Shown here one piece after another: positions 52,880-64,000 of a stretch of 64,000 bases of DNA. Under the pieces are notes generated by a model. It was not told where the DNA came from and ran no database searches. It worked only from the letters and a program-made list of their open reading frames with translations. Position 1 is the stretch's first letter, and the number at the start of each line of letters is the position of its first letter. The stretch is from positions 1 through 64,000 of the forward strand of contig NIVC01003196.1 of assembly GCA_002269645.1 (NCBI GenBank), read 5' to 3'. This DNA comes from Macrostomum lignano (taxonomy: Eukaryota). The position numbers and the translations under genes were made by a program.

Positions 52880-53478
52880 AAGAGAGGCAGAGTCAAGCAC
52901 TGAGGGAGTGGAGACGCAGAGTCAAGCACTGAGGGAGTGGAGAGGCAGAGTCAAGCACTGAGGGGGAGTGGAGACGCAGAGTCAAGCACTGAGGGGGAGT
53001 GGAGACGCAGAGTCAAGCACTGAGGGGGAGTGGAGACGCAGAGTCAAGCACTGAGGGAGTGGAGACGCAGAGTCAAGCACTGAGGGAGTGGAGAGGCAGA
53101 GTCAAGCACTGAGGGGGAGTGGAGACGCAGAGTCAAGCACTGAGGGAGTGGAGACGCAGAGTCAAGCACTGAGGGGGAGTGGAGACGCAGAGTCAAGCAC
53201 TGAGGGGGAGTGGAGACGCAGAGTCAAGCACTGAGGGGGAGTGGAGACGCAGAGTCAAGCACTGAGGGGGAGTGGAGACGCAGAGTCAAGCACTGAGGGG
53301 GAGTGGAGACGCAGAGTCAAGCACTGAGGGGGAGTGGAGACGCAGAGTCAAGCACTGAGGGGGAGTGGAGACGCAGAGTCAAGCACTGAGGGGGAGTGGA
53401 GACGCAGAGTCAAGCACTGAGGGGGAGTGGAGACGCAGAGTCAAGCACTGAGGGGGAGTGGAGACGCAGAGTCAAGCA
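52880..53478. repeat. 29/31-bp minisatellite (gcagagtcaagcactgagg(gg)gagtggagac)
   Basis: About 19 copies. Confidence 0.95.
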
Positions 53479-53871
53479 CCCAGGTAAGTGGAATTCTATT
53501 TTTTTCCAGATACAATTGCTCAAGTTTCTGAGAAGGAATTCGTGTCAAATTTGTGTCTAACGCTCCTAATTATCTTGTCTGTCACTCTGTATATCTTTCA
53601 TATTTCTCTTGATAGAAATTTGTCAATAATTTGGTTGCATTGCTGGTACGTCTCATCGGATCCGAAGGATATGGATTTGTCTTAGTCGCACGCCAGTTAA
53701 TCTGGTTAGAGTGGCATGGATACACATTCGCACGGTTGCATACTTCGGCAAAACTACTTTAATGCAACTGAAGCAAGAGCGATTCAGGCGTAAAGGGGTG
53801 CGACTAACTTATTCCACTGTAGAATGGTCTTATCGTTTTTGTTAGAATAAATTGTCAAGTTCATTGTTCAC

Positions 53872-55212
53872 TTGCTATCTCCATATCAGTGTGTGCTACC
53901 CTCCATATCAGTGTGTGCTATCCTCCAATATCAGTGTGCGTGCTACCCTCCATATCAGTGTGTGCTAACCTCCATACCAGTATGTGTGCTACCCTCCATA
54001 TCAGTGTGTGTGCTACCCTCCATATCAGTGTGCTATCCTCCATATCAGTGTGTGCTAACCTCCATACCAGTATGTGTGCTACCCTCCATATCAGTGTGTG
54101 TGCTACCCTCCATATCAGTGTGCTATCCTCCATATCAGTGTGTGCTACACTCCATATCAGTGTGTGCTACCCTCCATATCAGTGTGTGTGCTACCCTCCA
54201 TATCAGTGTGTGTGCTACCCTCCATATCAGTGTGTGCTACCCTCCATATCAGTGTGTCCTACCCTCCATATCAGTGTGTCCTACCCTCCATATCAGTGTG
54301 TGTGCTACCCTCCATATCAGTTTGTGTACTACCCTCCATATCAGTGTGTGCTACCCTCCATATCAGTGTGTGTGCTACCCTCCATATCAGTATGTGTGCT
54401 ACCCTCCATATCAGTGTGTGCTATCCTCCATATCAATGTGTGCTATCCTCCATATCAGCGTGTGCTACCCTCCATATCAGTGTGTGCTATCCTCCATATC
54501 AGTGTGTGCGCTACCCTCCATATCAGTGTGTGCTACCCTCCATATCAGTGTGTGCTATCCTCCAATATCAGTGTGCGTGCTACCCTCCATATCAGTGTGT
54601 GCTAACCTCCATACCAGTATGTGTGCTACCCTCCATATCAGTGTGTGTGCTACCCTCCATATCAGTGTGCGCTATCCTCCATATCAGTGTGTGCTACCCT
54701 CCATACCAGTATGTGTGCTGCCCTCCATACCAGTATGTGTGCTACCCTCCATACCAGTATGTGTGCTACCCTCCATACCAGTATGTGTGCTACCCTCCAT
54801 ATCAGTGTGTGCTACCCTCCATATCAGTGTGTGTGCTACCCTCCATATCAGTATGTGTGCTATCCTCCATATCAGTGTGTGCGCTACCCTCTATATCAGT
54901 GTGTGCGCTACCCTCCATATCAGTGTGCTATCCTCCATATCAGTGTGTGCTACCCTCCATATCAGTGTGTGTGCTACCCTCCATATCAGTGTGTGTGCTA
55001 CCCTCCATACCAGTATGTGTGCTACCCTCCATACCAGTATGTGTGCTACCCTCCATACCAGTATGTGTGCTACCCTCCATACCAGTATGTGTGCTACCCT
55101 CCATAGCAGTATATGTGCTACCCTCCATACCAGTATGTGTGCTACCCTCCATACCAGTATATGTGCTACCCTCCATACCAGTATGTGTGCTACCCTCCAT
55201 ATCAGTGTGTGC
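53872..55212. repeat. ~20-24 bp minisatellite (gtgtgctaccctccatatcagt)
   Basis: About 58 copies with a variable number of GT dinucleotides. Confidence 0.95.
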
Positions 55213-56019
55213 ACTGCGAACCATGTACCCGAAAAGCTTTAAGCTTTCACGTTAAGCCTCTGAATTTGTCAGGGTGTGTCGCGTACCAAAAAATATCTCA
55301 AAAAATTCACGCGATTTTCGGGTGTCTGGTAAAAATGACAGATTCTCCGTCTGAATATTTCAATGAAACGCTGCAATGTTTTGCATTATGGTGCAGTCTT
55401 CATTTATTATTAATCGTTAAAAATTTCATACATAATGTTTCCTATTGATAGGCGACATATCTTCATTAGAATTTCGTGTCTAAGATGACTGGATTTGAGC
55501 TTGATGCAATTTGCTTGTGTTTCAATAGCATCATGGAAACCGGAGTAGGATGCTGCAATTTAACTTTCTTAGAAATGATTGATGCATATAGTTTGATGCT
55601 GCACTTACCGGTGAAAAGCTGTCAGCTCATTAAACTTTATAAGGTGAGATCTGACAACGTGCGGGCTTCTTGAATTTTAGTAATTTTTATAGTAATGCGC
55701 TATTCTTTGGCCAAACTGATCTGCGGTAAACTTTAAGCTGACTTGACTGCTTGATTGAGACTGATAGATGAATATGAAATCAACTTCATTAAGTTCTGCT
55801 CTCCTTGCAGTCTTTCCTTTAATTTCCTTTCTAATCGGCCCGTCTCTCACAACAGTGATTGGATTCCTCTAAGTAGGCACCCCCTCACCTTACTGAAACT
55901 TAATCCGATTCAAATGAGCCTTCAGAGTCGCGGCTCGCTCACGCTGCCTTGAACGGGACGCCACAATCAACCAGCTTGCTGAGGCACTATTTTATTAATC
56001 AGGAAAAATACAACTCGAC

Positions 56020-57555
56020 CAGTTGAGCTAATCTCCAATCTTGCATTGCACTGATCTCCAACCTTGCATTGCGATAATCTCCAATCTTGCATTGCGCTGA
56101 TCTCCAATCTTGCATTGCACTGATCTCCAATCTTGCATTGCGCTGATCTCCAATCTTGCATTGCGCTGATCTCCAATCTTGCATTGCGCTGATCTCCAAT
56201 CTTGCATTGCGCTGGTCTCCAATCTTGCATTGCGCTGATCTCCTATCTTGCATTGCGCTGATCTCCAATCTTGCATTGCGCTGATCTCCAATCTTGCATT
56301 GCGCTGATCTCCTATCTTGCATTGCGCTGATCTCCAATCTTGCATTGCGCTGATCTCCAATCTTGCATTGCGCTGATCTTCAATCTTGCATTGCGATGAT
56401 CTCCAATCTTGCATTGCGATAATCTCCAATCTTACATTGCGCTGATCTCTAATCTTGCATTGCGCTGATCTCCAATATTGCATTGCGATGATCTCCAATC
56501 TTGCATTGCGCTGATCTCCTATCTTGCATTGCGCTACTCTCCAATCTTGCATTGCGATGATCTCCAATCTTGCATTGCGCTGATCTCCAATCTTGCATTG
56601 AGCTGATCTCCAATCTTGCATTGCGCTGATCTCCAATCTTGCATTGCGCTGATCTTCAATCTTGCATTGCGATGATCTCCAATTTTACATTGCGATAATA
56701 TCCAATCTTACATTGCGCTGATCTCCAATCTTGCATTGCGCTGATCTCCAATCTTGCATTGCGATGATCTCTAATCTTGCATTGCGCTGATCTCCTATCT
56801 TGCATTGCGCTGATCTCCTATCTTGCATTGCGCTGATCTCCAATCTTGCATTGCGCTGATCTCTAATCTTGCATTGCGCTGATCTCCTATCTTGCATTGC
56901 GCTGATCTCCAATCTTGCATTGCGATGATCTCCAATCTTGCATTGCGCTGATCTCCAATCTTGCATTGCGCTGATCTCCAATCTTGCATTGCGATGATCT
57001 CCAAGATGATTGCGCTGATCTCCAATTTTGCATTGCGATGATCTCCAATCTTGCATTGCGCTGATCTCCAATCTTGCATTGCGCTGATCTCTAATCTTGC
57101 ATTGCGCTGATCTCCTATCTTGCATTGCGCTGATCTCCAATCTTGCATTGCGATGATCTCCAATCTTGCATTGCGCTGATCTCCAATCTTGCATTGCGCT
57201 GATCTCCAATCTTGCATTGCGATGATCTCCAAGATGATTGCGCTGATCTCCAATTTTGCATTGCGATGATCTCCAATCTTGCATTGCGCTGATCTCCAAT
57301 CTTGCATTGCGATGATCTCCAATCTTGCATTGCGCTGATCTCCAATCTTGCATTGCGCTGATCTCCTATCTTGCATTGCGATGATCTCCAATCTTGCATT
57401 GCGATGATCTATAATCTTACATTGCGATAATATCCAATCTTGCATTGCGCTGATCTCCAATCTTGCATTGCGATGATCTCCAATCTTGCATTGCGCTGAT
57501 CTTCAATCTTGCATTGCGATGATCTCCAATCTTGCATTGCGCTGATCTCTAATCT
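56020..57555. repeat. 23-bp minisatellite (atcttgcattgcgctgatctcca)
   Basis: About 65 copies. Confidence 0.95.
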
Positions 57556-58145
57556 TGCTACGCATTGCGCTACGCAGTCTCCAGTTTGCACCGCACCAGC
57601 GACAGCTCGAATCGATTTGCCGGCTTTCAGCCTGCCAACAGCGCGCCATCTCTAATAGTCTGCTGTGATCTGGCGCAACCATTTTCAGGGCATAAGACAG
57701 AAAAAAATTGAGTACAAGCGTTTGAATCCAATGTTTACCGGGCATAAACCTTCCGCCATCCCCACCCAACACTCTACTGCACTATCGCGCAAGTTGCGTT
57801 ATTTGGGTCGTTTGCAGTTGCCAGCAGTGTTCACCCGGTGAATCAGCAAGACTAAGCCAAAGATGCACAGTCGACTGGAAATCTGAGAAAATTCACGATT
57901 GTATTTTTAGCAGCCTAAAAATAACGATTTCAAAGCGGGGAAGAATTTGCTTAGAGCGTGGGACAATGACTGTCAGCGTCTCTTGTCAGATTGTGTATCA
58001 GCTGTCTTTAGCTTGTCTCAAAATAGAAAACGATTCAATGGCAACGCAAATAAAAAGGATTCGTCTTTGAATATAACACCTGTTTACACAGCGCATTTCG
58101 TGCACATTTTTTATGATTTAGGACTGTCTTCAAATGCAATGTGGA

Positions 58146-61100
58146 ACACACGACACTGCAGGACACAGGGCACTGCAGGACACATGGCACTGCAGGAGAC
58201 ACGGCACTGCAGGACACACGGCACTGCAGGACACACGGCACTGCAGGACACAGGGCAATGCAGGACACATGGCACTGCAGGAGACACGGCACTGCAGGAC
58301 ACACGGCACTGCAGGACACACGGCACTGCAGGACACAGGGCACTGCAGGACACATGGCACTGCAGGAGACACGGCACTGCAGGACACACGGCACTGCAGG
58401 ACACACGACACTGCAGGACACATGGCACTGCAGGAGACACGGCACTGCAGGACACAGGGCACTGCAGGACACAAAGCACTGCAGGACACATGGCACTGCA
58501 GGAGACACGGCACTGCAGGACACACGGCACTGCAGGACACAGGGCACTGCAGGACACGGCACTGCAGGACACACGGCACTGCAGGACACAGGGCACTGCA
58601 GGAGACACGGCACTGCAGGACACAGGGCACTGCAGGACACATGGCACTGCAGGACACACGACACTGCAGGACACATCGCACTGCAGGACACAGGGCACAC
58701 ATCGCACTGCAGGACACACGGCACTGCAGGACACATCGCACTGCAGGACACACGACACTGCAGGACACAGGGCACTGCAGGACACACGGCACTGCAGGAC
58801 ACAGGGCACTGCAGGACACACGACACTGCAGGACACAGGGCACTGCAGGAGACACGGCACTGCAGGACACACGGCACTGCAGGACACAGGACACTGCAGG
58901 ACACACGACACTGAAGGACACACGAAACTGCAGGACACATCGCACTGCAGGACACACGGCACTGCAGGACACACGGCACTGCAGGAGACACGGCACTGCA
59001 GGACACACGGTACTGCAGGACACACGGCACTGCAGGACACACGGCACTACAGGACACATGGCACTGCAGGACACATGGCACTGCAGGACACACGGCACTG
59101 CAGGACACACGGCACTGCAGGACACACGGCACTGCAGGACACAGGGCACTGCAGGACACATGGCACTGCAGGACACACGACACTGCAGGACACAGGGCAC
59201 TGCAGGAGACACGGCACTGCAGGACACACGGCACTGCAGGACACAGGACACTGCAGGACACACGACACTGAAGGACACACGAAACTGCAGGACACATCGC
59301 ACTGCAGGACACACGGCACTGCAGGACACACGGCACTGCAGGAGACACGGCACTGCAGGACACACGGTACTGCAGGACACACGGCACTGCAGGACACACG
59401 GCACTGCAGGACACACGGCACTGCAGGACACAGGGCACTGCAGAACACACGGCACTGCAGGACACACGGCACTGCAGGACACACGGCACTGCAGGACACA
59501 GGGCACTGCAGGACACAGGGCACTGCAGGACACATGGCACTGCAGGACACACGGCACTGCAGGACACACGGCACTGCAGGACACAGGGCACTGCAGGACA
59601 CACGGCACACAAGACACTGCAGGACACACGGCACTGCAGGACACATGGCACTGCAGGAGACACGGCACTGCAGGACACACGGCACTGCAGGACACACGGC
59701 ACTGCAGGAGACACGGCACTACAGGACACACGGCACTGCAGGACACATGGCACTACAGGACACACGGCACTGCAGGACACACGGCACTGCAGGACACACG
59801 GCACTGCAGGACACACGGCACTGCAGGACACAGGGCACTGCAGGACACATGGCACTGCAGGACACACGGCACTGCAAGACACACGGCACTGCAGGACACA
59901 CGGCACTGCAGGACACAGGGCACTGCAGGACACATGGCACTGCAGGACACACGGCACTGCAGGACACACGGCACTGCAGGACACAGGGCACTGCAGGACA
60001 CACGGCACACAAGACACTGCAGGACACACGGCACTGCAGGACACACGGCACTGCAGGACACACGGCACTGCAGGACACACGGTACTGCAGGACACACGGC
60101 ACTGCAGGACACACGGCACTACAGGACACACGGCACTGCAGGACACATGGCACTGCAGGACACACGGCACTGCAGGACACACGGCACTGCAGGACACAGG
60201 GCACTGCAGGACACATGGCACTGCAGGACACACGGCACTGCAAGACACACGGCACTGCAGGACACACGGCACTGCAGGACACAGGGCACTGCAGGACACA
60301 TGGCACTGCAGGACACACGGCACTACAGGACACACGGCACTGCAGGACACATGGCACTGCAGGACACACGGCACTGCAGGACACACGGCACTGCAGGACA
60401 CAGGGCACTGCAGGACACATGGCACTGCAGGACACACGGCACTGCAAGACACACGGCACTACAGGACACACGGCACTGCAGGACACACGGTACTGCAGGA
60501 CACACGGCACTGCAGGACACACGGCACTACAGGACACACGGCACTGCAGGACACATGGCACTGCAAGACACACGGCACTGCAGGAGACACGGCACTGCAG
60601 GACACACGGCACTGCAAGACACACGGCACTGCAGGAGACACGGCACACACGGCACTGCAGGACACACGGCACTGCAGGACACACGGCACTGCAGGAGACA
60701 CGGCACTGCAGGACACACGGCACTGCAAGACACACGGCACTGCAGGAGACACGGCACACACGGCACTGCAGGACACACGGCACTGCAGGACACACGGCAC
60801 TGCAGGACACACGGCACTGCAGGACACACGGCACTGCAGGACACAGGGCACTGCAGGACACACGGCACACAAGACACTGCAGGACACACGGCACTGCAGG
60901 ACACACGGCACTGCAGGACACACGGCACTGCAGGACACACGGCACTGCAAGACACACGGCACTGCAGGAGACACGGCACTGCAGGACACACGGCACTGCA
61001 AGACACACGGCACTGCAGGAGACACGGCACACACGGCACTGCAGGACACACGGCACTGCAGGACACACGGCACTGCAGGACACACGGCACTGCAGGACAC

Positions 61101-64000
61101 AGGGCACTGCAGGACACACGGCACACAAGACACTGCAGGACACACGGCACTGCAGGACACACGGCACTGCAGGACACACGGCACTGCAGGACACACGGCA
61201 CTGCAAGACACACGGCACTGCAGGAGACACGGCACTGCAGGACACACGGCACTGCAAGACACACGGCACTGCAGGAGACACGGCACACACGGCACTGCAG
61301 GACACACGGCACTGCAGGACACACGGCACTGCAGGAGACACGGCACTGCAGGACACACGGCACTGCAAGACACACGGCACTGCAGGAGACACGGCACACA
61401 CGGCACTGCAGGACACACGGCACTGCAGGACACACGGCACTGCAGGACACACGGCACTGCAGGACACAGGGCACTGCAGGACACACGGCACACAAGACAC
61501 TGCAGGACACACGGCACTGCAGGACACACGGCACTGCAGGACACACGGCACTGCAGGACACACGGCACTGCAAGACACACGGCACTGCAGGAGACACGGC
61601 ACTGCAGGACACACGGCACTGCAAGACACAGGGCACTGCAGGAGACACGGCACACACGGCACTGCAGGACACACGGCACTGCAGGACACACGGCACTGCA
61701 GGAGACACGGCACTGCAGGACACACGGCACTGCAAGACACACGGCACTGCAGGAGACACGGCACACACGGCACTGCAGGACACACGGCACTGCAGGACAC
61801 ACGGCACTGCAGGACACACGGCACTGCAGGACACACGGCACTGCAGGACACACGGCACTGCAGGACACAGGGCACTGCAGGACACACGGCACACAAGACA
61901 CTGCAGGACACACGGCACTGCAGGACACACGGCACTGCAGGACACACGGCACTGCAGGACACACGGCACTGCAAGACACACGGCACTGCAGGAGACACGG
62001 CACTGCAGGACACACGGCACTGCAAGACACACGGCACTGCAGGACACAGGGCACTGCAGGACACACGGCACACAAGACACTGCAGGACACACGGCACTGC
62101 AGGAGACACGGCACTGCAGGACACACGACACTGAAGGACACACGAAACTGCAGGACACATCGCACTGCAGGACACACGGCACTGCAGGACACACGGCACT
62201 GCAGGAGACACGGCACTGCAGGACACACGGTACTGCAGGACACACGGCACTGCAGGACACACGGCACTGCAGGACACACGGCACTGCAGGACACACGGCA
62301 CTGCAGGACACACGGCACTGCAGGACACAGGGCACTGCAGGACACACGGCACACAAGACACTGCAGGACACACGGCACTGCAGGACACATGGCACTGCAG
62401 GAGACACGGCACTGCAGGACACACGGCACTGCAGGACACACGGCACTGCAGGAGACACGGCACTACAGGACACACGGCACTGCAGGACACATGGCACTAC
62501 AGGACACACGGCACTGCAGGACACAGGGCACTGCAGGACACACGGCACACAAGACACTGCAGGACACACGGCACTGCAGGACACACGGCACTGCAGGACA
62601 CACGGCACTGCAGGACACACGGCACTGCAAGACACACGGCACTGCAGGAGACACGGCACTGCAGGACACACGGCACTGCAAGACACACGGCCTTGCAGGA
62701 GACACGGCACACACGGCACAGCAGGACACACGGCACTGCAGGACACACGGCACTGCAGGAGACACGGCACTGCAGGACACACGGCACTGCAAGACACACG
62801 GCACTGCAGAAGACACGGCACACACGGCACTGCAGGACACACGGCACTGCAGGACACACGGCACTGCAGGACACACGGCACTGCAGGACACACGGCACTG
62901 CAGGACACAGGGCACTGCAGGACACACGGCACACAAGACACTGCAGGACACACGGCACTGCAGGACACACGGCACTGCAGGACACACGGCACTGCAGGAC
63001 ACACGGCACTGCAAGACACACGGCACTGCAGGAGACACGGCACTGCAGGACACACGGCACTGCAAGACACACGGCACTGCAGGAGACACGGCACACACGG
63101 CACTGCAGGACACACGGCACTGCAGGACACACGGCACTGCAGGAGACACGGCACTGCAGGACACACGGCACTGCAAGACACACGGCACTGCAGGAGACAC
63201 GGCACACACGGCACTGCAGGACACACGGCACTGCAGGACACACGGCACTGCAGGACACACGGCACTGCAGGACACACGGCACTGCAGGACACACGGCACT
63301 GCAGGACACAGGGCACTGCAGGACACACGGCACACAAGACACTGCAGGACACACGGCACTGCAGGACACACGGCACTGCAGGACACACGGCACTGCAGGA
63401 CACACGGCACTGCAAGACACACGGCACTGCAGGAGACACGGCACTGCAGGACACACGGCACTGCAAGACACACGGCACTGCAGGACACAGGGCACTGCAG
63501 GACACACGGCACACAAGACACTGCAGGACACACGGCACTGCAGGAGACACGGCACTGCAGGACACACGACACTGAAGGACACACGAAACTGCAGGACACA
63601 TCGCACTGCAGGACACACGGCACTGCAGGACACACGGCACTGCAGGAGACACGGCACTGCAGGACACACGGTACTGCCGGACACACGGCACTGCAGGACA
63701 CACGGCACTGCAGGACACACGGCACTGCAGGACACAGGGCACTGCAGGACACACGGCACTGCAGGACACACGGCACTGCAGGACACACGGCACTGCAGGA
63801 CACAGGGCACTGCAGGACACAGGGCACTGCAGGACACATGGCACTGCAGGACACACGGCACTGCAGGACACACGGCACTGCAGGACACAGGGCACTGCAG
63901 GACACACGGCACACAAGACACTGCAGGACACACGGCACTGCAGGACACATGGCACTGCAGGAGACACGGCACTGCAGGACACAGGGCACTGCAGGACACA
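58146..64000. repeat. 17-bp satellite (ggcactgcaggacacac) of at least 5.8 kb with higher-order structure, running off the window
   Basis: More than 340 units with recurrent variant landmarks (ctgaagg...gaaactg, ggcacacaagac, tgcaagac). Confidence 0.97.

Noticed and set aside
53490-53560. LRR-like peptide LEQLYLEKNRI on the minus strand
   Set aside because: It is a single motif bounded by stop codons, with no further LRRs or usable splice sites.
53872-55255. Cys/Tyr/Pro-rich ORFs resembling keratin-associated or adhesive proteins
   Set aside because: The unit length varies (20-24 bp) and is mostly non-triplet, all three frames are open, and there is no signal peptide or splice context.
52880-57555. 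CRISPR-like appearance of regular 23-31 bp repeats
   Set aside because: These are head-to-tail tandem units with no unique spacers and no cas genes, in eukaryotic DNA.
57947-63999. Very long ORFs (up to 1813 aa) on both strands
   Set aside because: They are translations of a stop-free 17-bp satellite that is open in all six frames, so there is no coding signal.

Overview
Intron-containing animal genomic DNA. It is most likely the flatworm Macrostomum (cf. M. lignano), inferred from a 40-nt match to the Macrostomum spliced-leader exon as I recall it and from the very high minisatellite load. Host genes I could reconstruct at splice-site level: G6PD (3 exons), an intronless TECR and a 2-exon UBR7, all in tandem on +; two tandem 7-exon catalytic-domain-only astacin metalloproteases (-); a phospholipase B-like Ntn hydrolase (-); two orphan genes (+); a 3-exon 5-HT1-like GPCR (-) head-to-head with an 8-exon divergent ionotropic glutamate receptor-like channel (+). 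Mobile DNA includes a P/THAP9-like transposase end, MITE and palindromic elements, two tRNA-derived SINE families (one nested in the other), RTE-like and Crypton relics, LINE-like 3' ends and a deleted, 5'-truncated Gypsy element with its 3' LTR. About 15 unrelated mini/microsatellite arrays account for nearly all long ORFs in the track; these ORFs are spurious. The last ~6 kb is a 17-bp satellite. Highlights: a genomic spliced-leader relic, a candidate trans-spliced G6PD-TECR-UBR7 operon, an iGluR with an altered gate motif (SYVANYAVF, Lurcher position changed), and astacins with a Glu103-to-Gln change plus a probable gene-conversion tract. Several apparent 1-bp frameshifts in otherwise intact genes may be assembly errors. 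All homology calls come from motif recognition; no searches were run.
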